Origin: a virus
DNA length: 64,000 bases
Direction: 5' to 3' (one strand)
IMG/VR virus record: IMGVR_UViG_3300048110_000147
Span: 32,878-96,877 of that record
Shown: piece by piece, positions 25,470 to 34,776 of the stretch
Position numbering within the stretch: the stretch's first letter is position 1
How the letters are laid out: every line of letters begins with the position of its first letter
The notes under the pieces: generated by a model
What the model was told of the DNA's origin: nothing
Database searches by the model: none
What the model saw: only the letters and a program-made list of their open reading frames with translations
Program-made: the position numbers and the translations under genes

Positions 25470-27940
25470 CCGAAGAAATCCTCAAGTGATGCCTGTGGTT
25501 CTGCCACCCAACCGACTGCGTCAAGAATTGGTTCCAGTGGGTCTAGGAAAGTCTTCTCAAACATGAGGTCATAATCCACATACTTATGGAGACCCAGTTC
25601 TTCGGGTAAATTAAGTGGATAAGAAACGACATTCTGTCCCAGACGATTAGGCATCTTGAGGTAAATGAACTTTATCTTCTCACCCTGTTTGACAAACTCA
25701 TATCGTCGGGAGATGTCGTTCTCGATAATCGCATTGTTATAACATAGGGCGCCACGCACATGGATGGGAGTTCCCTTCTTGAAGATGGTTTTGCGGTCTT
25801 CCCACTTGGATAGATTAGATATGCCACGGGGAAATGAAACCTCTTCGGGAGGCAGAGACTTGAACAATATCTTGAAGTCACGGATGAAGCCCTGAGTAGT
25901 GTCTTCAGTCCCCTCAATCAGAACACGGAAGATCTCTTTCATCTTGTCACGGACGACCGAAGGAGTCGACGACTTGATTGCCTCGATACCCATCATCTTG
26001 AGTTTAGGTTCTGCGTACTGGACACCCTCGTTGTTGTGCACGTTCAGGATGTATCGTTTCTTCGCCATCCAGATACCACGGTCTGCGATGACCTCACGTC
26101 CCATCTCCATACGGTTTTCGTATGCGCCAGTAACATCTGCCATAATTTTATAAGAGTCAGACAGAACTTTCTCGAAGTGGTCTGCGCAAATCTTATCTAG
26201 GAACTTGACGGGATTGTTTGGCGCAAACTTCTCGACCAGATCACCCATGCGAATATACACGGAGTCAGTATCGATTGCGACGACGTAGTCCTCATCTGTT
26301 TTGAGAACATCTTGCATCGCACTATTGACCGCACGTTCTGCCCACTTGATTGCAAGTTGACCAGCAAGAGTAATAGACTCTGCGACACGTTGGTCAAAGT
26401 AACGAAAGTATCGATTACCCAGCGCACCATAGAGAGAGTTCATAAGAATCTTGATCGCCATCTGTTGGTTATCTAGAGATGATATCCGATAAGCAAGAGA
26501 GTTAGACGGAGTCTTCTGGTATTCTTGCTGGAGTTTAATCATCTCACTCTTTATGATACGCCGTTCGGTATAGTATTGTTTAATCACCGTAGGAATAACA
26601 CCCTCACGATCATGAGAGAATCGAACACCAGTGGGAGCAAGAGAGAATTCAGAATCGTTGATAGTTGTCCCATTCAAGAAACTGTCGACCGAAACATTAG
26701 GAGTAATACCATCAATCACAGTCTCAGGCGACATGTTATATTGAACAATCAAGTTTGGATATAGAGAGTTCAAGTCAAAAGAAGTGACCCAGTCATGCGC
26801 ACCGACCTGTGGGTCTTTCACATAACCGCCTGGGTATGAAGTCTTAGGTTTCTCAGTCTTAGGAGGCACCACGACCTTCATCTTGTTCAACATGCGATAG
26901 ATGATGCTGTCCCAAATATTAGTGGTCCCCAGAGTGTCACCGTAATTCACACCACCACGATACGCCATAGTGAGAACCAAGGTAATGAGGTCTAGTTTCT
27001 CATCGATCTTGTGGACCAACTCCACGTCTTTGATGTTGTAGTCAATAAACTTCTGGAAGTCATTCTCGTACAGAGAGTGAAGATTACCGTGTTCCTCATA
27101 CGAAAGTTTACGTTCTTCTAAGACGACGTGAGCGATATGGTCTAGTCGATAAGATTCTTGTTGACCAAGAGTGTTAAGGGTAAACTTCTTGAAGATTTCA
27201 ATGTAGTCTAAATGTTCAATGCCTTCGATGATGTACTCTTGATTAGAGCGACCTTGAATATTGATATTGCGTTCACGCACAGCACCCCAAGGAGAGAGAC
27301 GTTTTAGTAACGTGTCGTCGCCAAACAGTTTGTGACATCGGTTGACAATATATGGGATATCGAAGAAACGAGTGTTCCACCCAGTGATAATGTCAGGAGA
27401 GTAGTGAGACCAATGTTCGACAAACTTACGGAGAAGATCCATCTCATTGTCGCACTTTATATAGAGCACGTCCTCACGAGTGACTTCATAGTCACCACAA
27501 GACCAGACCCAGTAGTTACCGTCGTTCTTGCGTATTGCAATAGAAGTAACTGGATATGCCGCCTCGCCTGGTTCTGGGAATCCGTCGGCAGAGTAAACCT
27601 CAATATCGATATTCATCACGCGGACTAGGTCGCGGTCAAAGGGTATCTTGTTGGGGAATTCGTCAGCGAGGTACTGTGCAACATAGTTATTGTTACCGTA
27701 CACCTTGAAGTTTGCTACGTCAGAGTATCTCTTGAGGAAGTCTGTCGCATCGGACATAGAATCCAAGACGCACTCAGCCACAGGAAGACCTTCCAGAGTT
27801 TTCCACTCTGACTCGTTTTCACTGGAGACGTATAGTTTAGGTTGATACGGAATACGTTTTTTGACCTGTTGGCCATTTTCGTAACCGCGATAAAGTATGT
27901 GTCTACCCATACGGATAGCAGAAGAGTAAAATTTTGTCAT
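25466..27940 (-). CDS. 43: Family B DNA polymerase gp43
   Basis: Exo DIE, GWN..FFDIPY, YNIKD; pol [28 protein letters not shown]; start MTKFYSS at 27940; no intein or split. Confidence 0.97.
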   Translation of the reverse strand: MTKFYSSAIRMGRHILYRGYENGQQVKKRIPYQPKLYVSSENESEWKTLEGLPVAECVLDSMSDATDFLKRYSDVANFKVYGNNNYVAQYLADEFPNKIPFDRDLVRVMNIDIEVYSADGFPEPGEAAYPVTSIAIRKNDGNYWVWSCGDYEVTREDVLYIKCDNEMDLLRKFVEHWSHYSPDIITGWNTRFFDIPYIVNRCHKLFGDDTLLKRLSPWGAVRERNINIQGRSNQEYIIEGIEHLDYIEIFKKFTLNTLGQQESYRLDHIAHVVLEERKLSYEEHGNLHSLYENDFQKFIDYNIKDVELVHKIDEKLDLITLVLTMAYRGGVNYGDTLGTTNIWDSIIYRMLNKMKVVVPPKTEKPKTSYPGGYVKDPQVGAHDWVTSFDLNSLYPNLIVQYNMSPETVIDGITPNVSVDSFLNGTTINDSEFSLAPTGVRFSHDREGVIPTVIKQYYTERRIIKSEMIKLQQEYQKTPSNSLAYRISSLDNQQMAIKILMNSLYGALGNRYFRYFDQRVAESITLAGQLAIKWAERAVNSAMQDVLKTDEDYVVAIDTDSVYIRMGDLVEKFAPNNPVKFLDKICADHFEKVLSDSYKIMADVTGAYENRMEMGREVIADRGIWMAKKRYILNVHNNEGVQYAEPKLKMMGIEAIKSSTPSVVRDKMKEIFRVLIEGTEDTTQGFIRDFKILFKSLPPEEVSFPRGISNLSKWEDRKTIFKKGTPIHVRGALCYNNAIIENDISRRYEFVKQGEKIKFIYLKMPNRLGQNVVSYPLNLPEELGLHKYVDYDLMFEKTFLDPLEPILDAVGWVAEPQASLEDFFG

Positions 27941-27946
27941 GCAGCC

Positions 27947-27975
27947 ATTATACAAAATTACGAGGGAGTTGTCAA
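27947..27975 (-). promoter_or_regulatory. Sigma70-type promoter, probably giving a leaderless mRNA
   Basis: TTGACA-N17-TATAAT-ggctgc-ATG. Confidence 0.8.
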
Positions 27976-28772
27976 TCAATTACCTTAAAAAATTTGTGTC
28001 GAGTCCACGGTTGTTCTTGCTTCTTATCTGAGTACCCATGATGGTCCTGAGTTACCGCAAGACGTTTTGAAATCACCTGAGTAGTTGGCGTAGGTATCCC
28101 AGTGCGATGTCTATCTCTCTGATTAAAGTATATCCCGATGTCACGACCAACACCTATTGTATCACATTCAGTCCAAGGATGCAAGGCAGTATTGCGAATT
28201 CCGTAATAATTTATATCTGGACGATTTAGGAAGTCCGTCGTGTAAGTTCTGAAAAGACGCTGGAGAACACAGTAAGGTCCACAGTTGATAGGAAATTCAT
28301 TGGTGGTCATCATATGATGCGCCCAGTGTGCGAACCCTCTGTCCATGCAGTACATACCCATGAACAATCCTATATTCGCATAGAGCGTATTATCTGCGTA
28401 CTCAGCAAGTAGTTTGAATGCTTCGTAACGTTCTTCGATCAACCATGTGTCGTGTTCCATAATCCAGAACTTTTCGTCTGACTGTCCTTGCAGACGCATT
28501 AGTTCCCAGTGAGAACACATCCCTGCCTTTTCTGTGGGAGAGTGATCCTCTTTACCGTTACCAGACAATGTGTCTAGAGTCATGAGACTTTTAGACCAGT
28601 TATAACTAGACGCATGTTCTTCAAAGTTTGCAGAGGCCGGGGTAATTGCATCGAAGGTTTCGATAGAATCTATGAAACCCTCGTCGATGGCACGTTGGAA
28701 GGAATAACGGGAGAGCGAAGCATACTCTTCAGACCGTTCATCGCCCTTCATTACAATCTGTATTGCTTTCAT
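27972..28772 (-). CDS. Glycosyltransferase family 25-like protein
   Basis: FDAITP, E.A...SH..L, I.EHD motifs. Confidence 0.7.
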   Translation of the reverse strand: MKAIQIVMKGDERSEEYASLSRYSFQRAIDEGFIDSIETFDAITPASANFEEHASSYNWSKSLMTLDTLSGNGKEDHSPTEKAGMCSHWELMRLQGQSDEKFWIMEHDTWLIEERYEAFKLLAEYADNTLYANIGLFMGMYCMDRGFAHWAHHMMTTNEFPINCGPYCVLQRLFRTYTTDFLNRPDINYYGIRNTALHPWTECDTIGVGRDIGIYFNQRDRHRTGIPTPTTQVISKRLAVTQDHHGYSDKKQEQPWTRHKFFKVID

Positions 28773-29359
28773 CGTGTAAACGGTTCTCTATAAAACCCAT
28801 CTAAACTTATGGGTTTGTCTGCATACACACAAGCGTATAGGCCTCTTGCATGTGGACTTTTGTTTGGGTAACTGCGATGCATAGTGTTTCCGTTAATCAC
28901 TAATACATCACCTCTTTTCAAAACAGGTGTGGACCATTTCCTGTTATCAATATTCTGTACTTCTAATGACCCGTTCGTTGCTGTTATGTCGTCTAGTATC
29001 CATGCAACGTTTATAGTATGAATACCAGAATTTTTATTAGGACCATACTGATTATCATAATGTGCTGGGAACTCTAAACTATCTCTAGGCATTTTCATAA
29101 CCATTTGATCGTTGAACAAGTATACCACATCACCCAGTATCTGTCTAGTCAAATCATACATGACCTCTGAGGTATAAATGTTGAATAGCTCCTCACTGAA
29201 TTTACCAGCACAGGATATACCTTTCCAGTCCGAATACTTAGGATAGTCCTTGCGGAGTTCAATACCGATCTTCTTGACCTTACTTATAATGTCATCATCT
29301 ATCAAAGAAGGTAAATGCATCCACCCCTTTGCCTCGTAATGTTCTATATCGTAGTTCAA
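28769..29359 (-). CDS. PhyH-family 2OG-Fe(II) dioxygenase
   Basis: Y...G, K.P, HYD, W..LDD....NG.L, GD......H.S..N....R. Confidence 0.88.
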   Translation of the reverse strand: MNYDIEHYEAKGWMHLPSLIDDDIISKVKKIGIELRKDYPKYSDWKGISCAGKFSEELFNIYTSEVMYDLTRQILGDVVYLFNDQMVMKMPRDSLEFPAHYDNQYGPNKNSGIHTINVAWILDDITATNGSLEVQNIDNRKWSTPVLKRGDVLVINGNTMHRSYPNKSPHARGLYACVYADKPISLDGFYREPFTR

Positions 29360-29377
29360 TTGATTTCCTTAGGGCAT

Positions 29378-29403
29378 AAAAAAAGGGAGAATTAATCTCC
29401 CTT
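29378..29403 (-). terminator. Rho-independent terminator
   Basis: AAGGGAGA-ttaat-TCTCCCTT followed by T tract on minus strand. Confidence 0.75.
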
Positions 29404-29408
29404 CCATC

Positions 29409-29531
29409 CTACATTATTGATGCTAAACACAGCATCACAGTCCATATACATGCAAGATTAATTCCGATTAGACCTAATACTTCTAGATCTGCGGCATCTC
29501 TCTTAGCCATGTAACGTTTTATCTGTTGCAT
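29409..29531 (-). CDS. Small membrane peptide (40 aa, not in ORF track)
   Basis: MQQIKRYMAKRDAADLEVLGLIGINLACIWTVMLCLASIM with GAGGAG RBS, overlapping hsp20 3' end. Confidence 0.6.
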   Translation of the reverse strand: MQQIKRYMAKRDAADLEVLGLIGINLACIWTVMLCLASIM

Positions 29532-29988
29532 TGATTGTCTCCTCGTTTAGAAGTTGTGGGTCATTGATAGTGTTAGACCCGTTAATTTCTACTTTACGAG
29601 GCCGCTGGTTTTCAGGTATTATGACTTCCAATTTAATGGCAAGTAGTCCTTGTCTGAAATCAGCTCCCATTACTTCAACATACTCCGACAGCCTAAATTG
29701 CCGCTCGAACTTTTTCGTTGAAATACCCTTATGGATATAGTCTCTTCCCGTATCGTTATGCTGCCCTCGAATGGTCAGTGTTCGGTTCTTTACTTCGATT
29801 TCTAATTCAGCCTCGCTGAAACCAGCGGTGGCGAGTTCGATTAGGTATTGATCCTCACCCGTCTTTAATATATTATGCGGAGGGAATGTGTCACCCGAAT
29901 GCCGCGAGATACGGTCTAGTTCGTCGATCATTGTATCAAAACCGACAAACGCTGAGCGTGGAAATAGTTGTTTTGCTGTTAACGTCAT
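29503..29988 (-). CDS. hsp20: Small heat-shock protein (Hsp20/IbpA family)
   Basis: FVGFD, FPPHNI, ELA.AGF, HKGIS...F.RQF.L, GLL.I.L. Confidence 0.95.
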   Translation of the reverse strand: MTLTAKQLFPRSAFVGFDTMIDELDRISRHSGDTFPPHNILKTGEDQYLIELATAGFSEAELEIEVKNRTLTIRGQHNDTGRDYIHKGISTKKFERQFRLSEYVEVMGADFRQGLLAIKLEVIIPENQRPRKVEINGSNTINDPQLLNEETINATDKTLHG

Positions 29989-30092
29989 GTTGTGACTCCT
30001 AAATAATTAGCAAGTTTATTATGGATACCCGACCATTCGGCATATCCGGTACTATATATACAAATTATGAGAATAAAAGTAACGAAATGTTA

Positions 30093-30335
30093 CTATTCTG
30101 GACTATCTTCGTCATCAATATTAATTATAGGCAACGAAGCATCAACCAACACAACCTTCTCATTTTCAATCATGTTGATTATTTCTAACGTAAGATTTAT
30201 GTCCATCTGAATATAGGACATTTTTCTCTCGCACATTTCGAGATGCTTACGATAAAATTCTAATTCTTGTTCTTTTTCTACTTTTCTTGCACTTATGTCG
30301 GCAAGAGAAATTATATTGTTCTTTTTGCCAGACAT
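30093..30335 (-). CDS. Small coiled-coil hypothetical protein
   Basis: 80 aa ORF in line with the operon. Confidence 0.65.
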   Translation of the reverse strand: MSGKKNNIISLADISARKVEKEQELEFYRKHLEMCERKMSYIQMDINLTLEIINMIENEKVVLVDASLPIINIDDEDSPE

Positions 30336-30344
30336 ACTTCGTCC

Positions 30345-30887
30345 TTAATAGTACATTGATGGGTCCGGAATTCCTTCTATTCCAAATGAAAAAGATACAC
30401 GAGATTCTCTAGGGAATACTTGATGATGAGTTTGTCTTGGTAAATAAACATACATACCAGGCTCAAAATCAAATTGCTCTTCGTTATTAATGCCTTCTAC
30501 CTTTAGACCGACAGTACTTATAACCTGAACTAAGAACACGTCCATAGCATCTTTGTGCCAAGGGTATGACCCACTTGCACGACCAAAACCACTAAACGCA
30601 ATGTTAGTGATTTTGTTTTCATGCAGCGTGAACACATCCTGTAGTTCTGTATATATGTTCTTCGCAAACTCTGGTGAACTACCACGAGTATGGAAGTTGT
30701 TCAAACCTATACGCATCTTATCTGAATTTCTGTCGTATAGGTCATTTGGATGCGAGTCCATCATTTGCATGAACTCGTTCCAATTGTAAGTCTCTTTCAT
30801 ATCAAACGGAAGTTTGCCTACGAACGGAGTCTTGGTGCGAATATTCTCTTCGCGATCTTCAAATATATCATAACAAGTATTTGACAT
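30345..30887 (-). CDS. Cupin/JmjC-like 2OG oxygenase
   Basis: WHKD..DVFLVQ...PG...YLPR..HH....R.S.SFG resembles the Cupin_4/JmjC core. Confidence 0.72.
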   Translation of the reverse strand: MSNTCYDIFEDREENIRTKTPFVGKLPFDMKETYNWNEFMQMMDSHPNDLYDRNSDKMRIGLNNFHTRGSSPEFAKNIYTELQDVFTLHENKITNIAFSGFGRASGSYPWHKDAMDVFLVQVISTVGLKVEGINNEEQFDFEPGMYVYLPRQTHHQVFPRESRVSFSFGIEGIPDPSMYY

Positions 30888-31306
30888 CAGCTATTCCCAA
30901 TGTTATATTTTGGTTGCAGTGTCCATTGTGACTTATCCTTGTATGAGATTATTTTAATCTGTCTCATAGGAGCACAGTCTCGTGCAACTTCTTTATTGAC
31001 TATGGCTACTAGACCCCAGTCTGCTAACAATGTAGCTATTGTGTTACGTCTCTCCATATCAGAGATTTCTAGGTTAGACTTTTTTCCGTCTAATAGAAAC
31101 AACTCTTTGAAGTGGACGATGAAGTACCTACCTTGCTTATGCAAGATATGGCATGACTGATATAGCGTATTATCTCTTCTTGAGGCAACACCTATACGCG
31201 TTAAAGTTTCTCTAACTTTAAGAAAGTCGTCTGGTTCTGATAGACTGATTTCCAACATCATATCAGAATTCCATTGAACAAGATTATTCTCTTCCACCTT
31301 TGGCAA
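30887..31306 (-). CDS. regA: Translational repressor RegA
   Basis: DDFLKVRETLTRIG, LYQSCHILHKQGRYFIVHFKE, W.L.PKY.IG. Confidence 0.97.
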   Translation of the reverse strand: MPKVEENNLVQWNSDMMLEISLSEPDDFLKVRETLTRIGVASRRDNTLYQSCHILHKQGRYFIVHFKELFLLDGKKSNLEISDMERRNTIATLLADWGLVAIVNKEVARDCAPMRQIKIISYKDKSQWTLQPKYNIGNS

Positions 31307-31664
31307 CCTTATTTTTAATTGTTTTTATTTGTGATTCCGTCAAGAGCCCTACAACTTGTTTCGCCTTCTGTTCACTGTAACCAAAATACTCTTTGATACA
31401 TTCCATGTCAGCTCTTTGCTCAGGTTTATCCCATTTAGAGAATCGCTTCTTCTTCCTTACAATATTTATAAGAAAGTCGTACTGCATTTTATCATCTAAG
31501 TGATGCAGTCTATTCATTTCGTTAGACAAAAGTATAGTGTCTGGGAAATAAGATAGAGATCTATTCACGACAAATCCATTATAGTACTTGGCATTGTCTG
31601 CATCATTATCTATCAAATTTACTTTAGTGTCATTTATACTTTTCAGAAAGTCAAATGGACTCAT
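31284..31664 (-). CDS. 62: Clamp loader small subunit gp62
   Basis: VNRSLSYFPDT...NEMN, QYDFLIN..RK.KRFSKW, YFGYS..KA. Confidence 0.93.
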   Translation of the reverse strand: MSPFDFLKSINDTKVNLIDNDADNAKYYNGFVVNRSLSYFPDTILLSNEMNRLHHLDDKMQYDFLINIVRKKKRFSKWDKPEQRADMECIKEYFGYSEQKAKQVVGLLTESQIKTIKNKVAKGGRE

Positions 31665-32605
31665 GGTTTAATATCCACGTTCGCCATAACTTCGGTCATA
31701 CATGCGACAAGATTCAGTTCGTGGTCAGCAACAAACGCATTCTTGTATTGGTAATCCGCAAGGATAAGAACCAACTGAGGAATACTGTTTGGTGCGACGT
31801 GGTCATACATTTTATCGTAGACACCACGGAAGATTGACGCCGGTTCAACATCTATATTGTTGACTACCCACGATCTCATCTTCTTAAAGTTCTTCTCACG
31901 GATTGCGCTGAATAACTGTGTATAAGTGTCAGAGATATCCGCACTCACACTATTGGGGACATTGAGAGTACCAGACATAGAGCCTTTCTGACTCTCATTC
32001 AGCACACGTCTCCAATCTGGAGCATGTTTCATGATGACGTTTGCCACCACATTGTTATCGAACTCCACTCCTTCTCCTTGCAAGATTCCTTGGAGTCGCT
32101 GCATGAACCCACCACATAGCGAGGTCATAGTTTTCTTATCGAAATTGAAGGCGTATTTAGAACACCTTGAGTGTAGAGGTTCGATGATGCGATTCTCAAA
32201 ATTACATGTCATAATGAAACGACAGTTATTCGAGAACTCTTCGATGAACCCACGGAGAGCAGGTTGCGTCGATTGGGGATTTAGGTAATCTGCCTCATCT
32301 AGGATGACAACCTTGTAACCACCGGACAAAGACACGGACGATGCGAACTGTTTAATCTTGCCGCGCAAGGTGTCGATGTTACCTTCTTCCGACCCGTTGA
32401 TGACGATATAGTCTAGGTCTAATTCCTCACAGATGGCACGTGCCACCGTGGTCTTACCAGTACCGGCAGTGCCGGTGAACATCATGTTGAGGATTTCACC
32501 ACCATCCACAATGTTCTGAAATGTTTGTTTTAGATCATCCGGAAGGATAGTTTCAGAAACTTTCTTCGGACGGTATTTCTCGACCCACAAAAACTCATTA
32601 CTCAT
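31661..32605 (-). CDS. 44: Clamp loader large subunit gp44
   Basis: WVEKYRP, GTGKTT, DEAD, QPALR, SRC; start MSNEFLW. Confidence 0.96.
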   Translation of the reverse strand: MSNEFLWVEKYRPKKVSETILPDDLKQTFQNIVDGGEILNMMFTGTAGTGKTTVARAICEELDLDYIVINGSEEGNIDTLRGKIKQFASSVSLSGGYKVVILDEADYLNPQSTQPALRGFIEEFSNNCRFIMTCNFENRIIEPLHSRCSKYAFNFDKKTMTSLCGGFMQRLQGILQGEGVEFDNNVVANVIMKHAPDWRRVLNESQKGSMSGTLNVPNSVSADISDTYTQLFSAIREKNFKKMRSWVVNNIDVEPASIFRGVYDKMYDHVAPNSIPQLVLILADYQYKNAFVADHELNLVACMTEVMANVDIKP

Positions 32606-32643
32606 TACAGCTCCATAATATAAATTAACTTTCAATAGGGGAT

Positions 32644-32672
32644 ATTATACTACAAAACCCCCTTCATGTAAA
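32644..32672 (-). promoter_or_regulatory. Sigma70-type promoter for 44-62-regA
   Basis: TTTACA-N17-TATAAT. Confidence 0.7.
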
Positions 32673-32686
32673 CCATCTGTAAACAA

Positions 32687-33301
32687 TTATTTATAATTAT
32701 CTTCAGTTTCATCAGCATAGTTATGGTTAACTTTTGCGTGATGTTGTTCATCTTTTCGCACACATTTTATCATGTCAGACAAGAGTGCATCTTCCGACAT
32801 TGCATAATATTCTATTGCTATCTTAGGGGCCGGGATGTCCTCTATTTCCCCCAATTGAATCAACGCTAAATAATTGGTATAACTACGTACGGCCTCGTCC
32901 TCAAAGTACCCCACCATGCGATGAGCGGTCTTAGGGAATAAGATGTATAACACTAGGTAGTAGTGCCAGAACACGAACTGTGCGATGATGATAATTATAC
33001 GTTCTACCATAGAAGGCTGGACCACTTCCATGAAGAACATTAGGTGTTTTCTTTCGTTCTCTGCTTCAGCGAGTAACTCGTGTATCTTAGTACCGTTACC
33101 AGACTGAAGTCTTCGCAGACTTTTCAGGTGAGTCAACATACCACCCACCATGCCTGGTACCCCTGCTACTGTTTCTAAAACAAGTGCACGATGTCCATAA
33201 CGATTACCAAAAAAGGTATCCGCAAAGAACCTAAAGAATGCAGTCATTGACCGCGCTACAAAATCAGATATTTTTTGGTGTGTCATTCCTAGTTCCAACA
33301 A
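32687..33301 (-). CDS. aox: Alternative oxidase (AOX, ubiquinol oxidase)
   Basis: LETVAGVPGMV, EAENERKH, GYFEDEAVRSY, R.DE.HH..VNH di-iron motifs. Confidence 0.93.
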   Translation of the reverse strand: MLELGMTHQKISDFVARSMTAFFRFFADTFFGNRYGHRALVLETVAGVPGMVGGMLTHLKSLRRLQSGNGTKIHELLAEAENERKHLMFFMEVVQPSMVERIIIIIAQFVFWHYYLVLYILFPKTAHRMVGYFEDEAVRSYTNYLALIQLGEIEDIPAPKIAIEYYAMSEDALLSDMIKCVRKDEQHHAKVNHNYADETEDNYK

Positions 33302-33385
33302 GCTTGGACTTGTATTTATTACTAAAAGAACATAAAACAGTATGACTTTTTTCTATGATAAAGATTATGTGTGTTCATATGTAAG

Positions 33386-33461
33386 TGGAGCTCGGAACAG
33401 GAGTCGAACCTGCGACCTGCTGATTACAAGTCAGCTGCTCTACCAACTGAGCTATCCGAGC
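33386..33461 (-). tRNA. tRNA-Thr(TGT)
   Basis: GCTCGGA...TCCGAGCTCCA, loop CTTGTAA. Confidence 0.96.
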
Positions 33462-33694
33462 GTGTTCTTACGTTTCTTACGCTTTTCTGTAAGGGTACGT
33501 ACTATGTATATGCGTGTGAACGCAATAACTGAAATACCAGCGGTTAAAGTTGTAGATAAAAATACCGGATCAGTATTTTTCCATTGAACAATAACCAACC
33601 AAGTGAAGAATATGTTAAGAGGATAGTTTATAAGAGTGCCCAAAGACACATGTATTAGCGTTTCTCTCGCTATCTCTTTGTCATAATACTTCAT
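33452..33694 (-). CDS. Small two-TM membrane protein
   Basis: E......G..IN......; R.Y.VR; 3' end overlaps tRNA-Thr by 10 nt. Confidence 0.65.
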   Translation of the reverse strand: MKYYDKEIARETLIHVSLGTLINYPLNIFFTWLVIVQWKNTDPVFLSTTLTAGISVIAFTRIYIVRTLTEKRKKRKNTLG

Positions 33695-33703
33695 AATTAA
33701 AGA

Positions 33704-33792
33704 CGGTTCCCTGAGCCAAATAAGTCATAATGTAACTACAGTTTCAATTCGAATCATATCTTAGGGCAAAGACATTATGATTCAGGGAACCG
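33704..33792. other. Intergenic stem-loop element
   Basis: CGGTTCCCTGA / TCAGGGAACCG (11 bp) plus TCATAATGT / ACATTATGA (9 bp) nested inverted repeats. Confidence 0.6.
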
Positions 33793-33799
33793 AAGAGGT

Positions 33800-34039
33800 T
33801 TACTTCTTAGACGCTTTCGACTTAGAAGTTTGTGCTTCCTTTGCGGACTCTTCAGCGAATGCCTTTGCGACATTCTCATATAGAGCAACAACACTGACTG
33901 CTTGGTCACGTAATTGACCGATAGTAGTGAGTTCTTCACCTTTGAACCCGCCACGAGTGACGACGGTATCTACTACCGCAACACATGAACGTGCAACACG
34001 ATTCGCTAGGTCATTTAAATTCTTCTGATCTTCAGTCAT
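33800..34039 (-). CDS. Small hypothetical protein
   Basis: Start MTEDQKNL after GGAG; D....RG.FKG.EL..IG..R motif. Confidence 0.7.
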   Translation of the reverse strand: MTEDQKNLNDLANRVARSCVAVVDTVVTRGGFKGEELTTIGQLRDQAVSVVALYENVAKAFAEESAKEAQTSKSKASKK

Positions 34040-34718
34040 TTTTTGCTCCGTAAGTAGATGACTTTTCAAGTGCAATAAAGTATTGCGTTTCTGAAGTGAT
34101 TGATTTGAAGTGAGAAATAAACTTCGTAGATGCAGATACTTCGTAGTCTTCACCCAACAACTTCATGTTAGATACTCCCATAATAAAGTTAAAGTCAGCA
34201 CCTTCGGGGAAACTGCCCTCAACCAATACAGAGAATGAGTTAGACGTGGAATCGTTTGTGTCGACTACTGTGATTTCAATCGAGTTTCCGTTTGGACGGA
34301 TAGAGATATTATCGTAACCGAGCGCAGATGATGCACGTTTGATCTTACTTAGGGTTTCATTAGTAAGCAAGAATTTGACTTCACACTCAGGCATGACGAT
34401 ATCTTTCTTAGGTGCAGAGAGCATCTCAGGGTCAGAGTAGAAGTATTTCACCGATGATAAACCACTGCCGTCAGATACGGTACAGAAGCTTTCACCGAAA
34501 GTAATTGATGGACGATCCACCAAAGACAACACAGACAAGAACTCAGAGAGATCATAGATGCCGAACGTATTCGGAAAACTCTCATCGATCTCAGCACGAG
34601 AAACGATGTTCTTTGCAATAGACATAGTCTTCAAGACGTTACCGCCATTGACTACGATATTTGGATTGATAGTCGAGAAGTTACGCAGTATCTCGACCGT
34701 GCGACTAGATAGTTCCAT
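34032..34718 (-). CDS. 45: Sliding clamp gp45
   Basis: LS..T..IL.NFS.IN, FGIYDL.EFL..L, YF.SDP, YFIALE. Confidence 0.95.
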   Translation of the reverse strand: MELSSRTVEILRNFSTINPNIVVNGGNVLKTMSIAKNIVSRAEIDESFPNTFGIYDLSEFLSVLSLVDRPSITFGESFCTVSDGSGLSSVKYFYSDPEMLSAPKKDIVMPECEVKFLLTNETLSKIKRASSALGYDNISIRPNGNSIEITVVDTNDSTSNSFSVLVEGSFPEGADFNFIMGVSNMKLLGEDYEVSASTKFISHFKSITSETQYFIALEKSSTYGAKND

Positions 34719-34747
34719 TGTTTCTTTCCTCAGTTAATATGGTGACC

Positions 34748-34776
34748 ATTATATAACATTTGTGACCGTCTGTCAA
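34748..34776 (-). promoter_or_regulatory. Sigma70-type promoter for gp45
   Basis: TTGACA-N17-TATAAT. Confidence 0.8.

Noticed and set aside
32687-33301. PTOX, implying a cyanophage
   Set aside because: Motifs match mitochondrial-type AOX, and there are no psbA/hli/tal-type genes in the window.
33800-34153. Long overlap with gp45 suggesting a frameshift or overprinted gene
   Set aside because: An RBS-led ATG at 34039 explains the gene; similar upstream extensions at 12234, 12603, 25524, 27979, 32635 and 48308 are ORF-caller artefacts.
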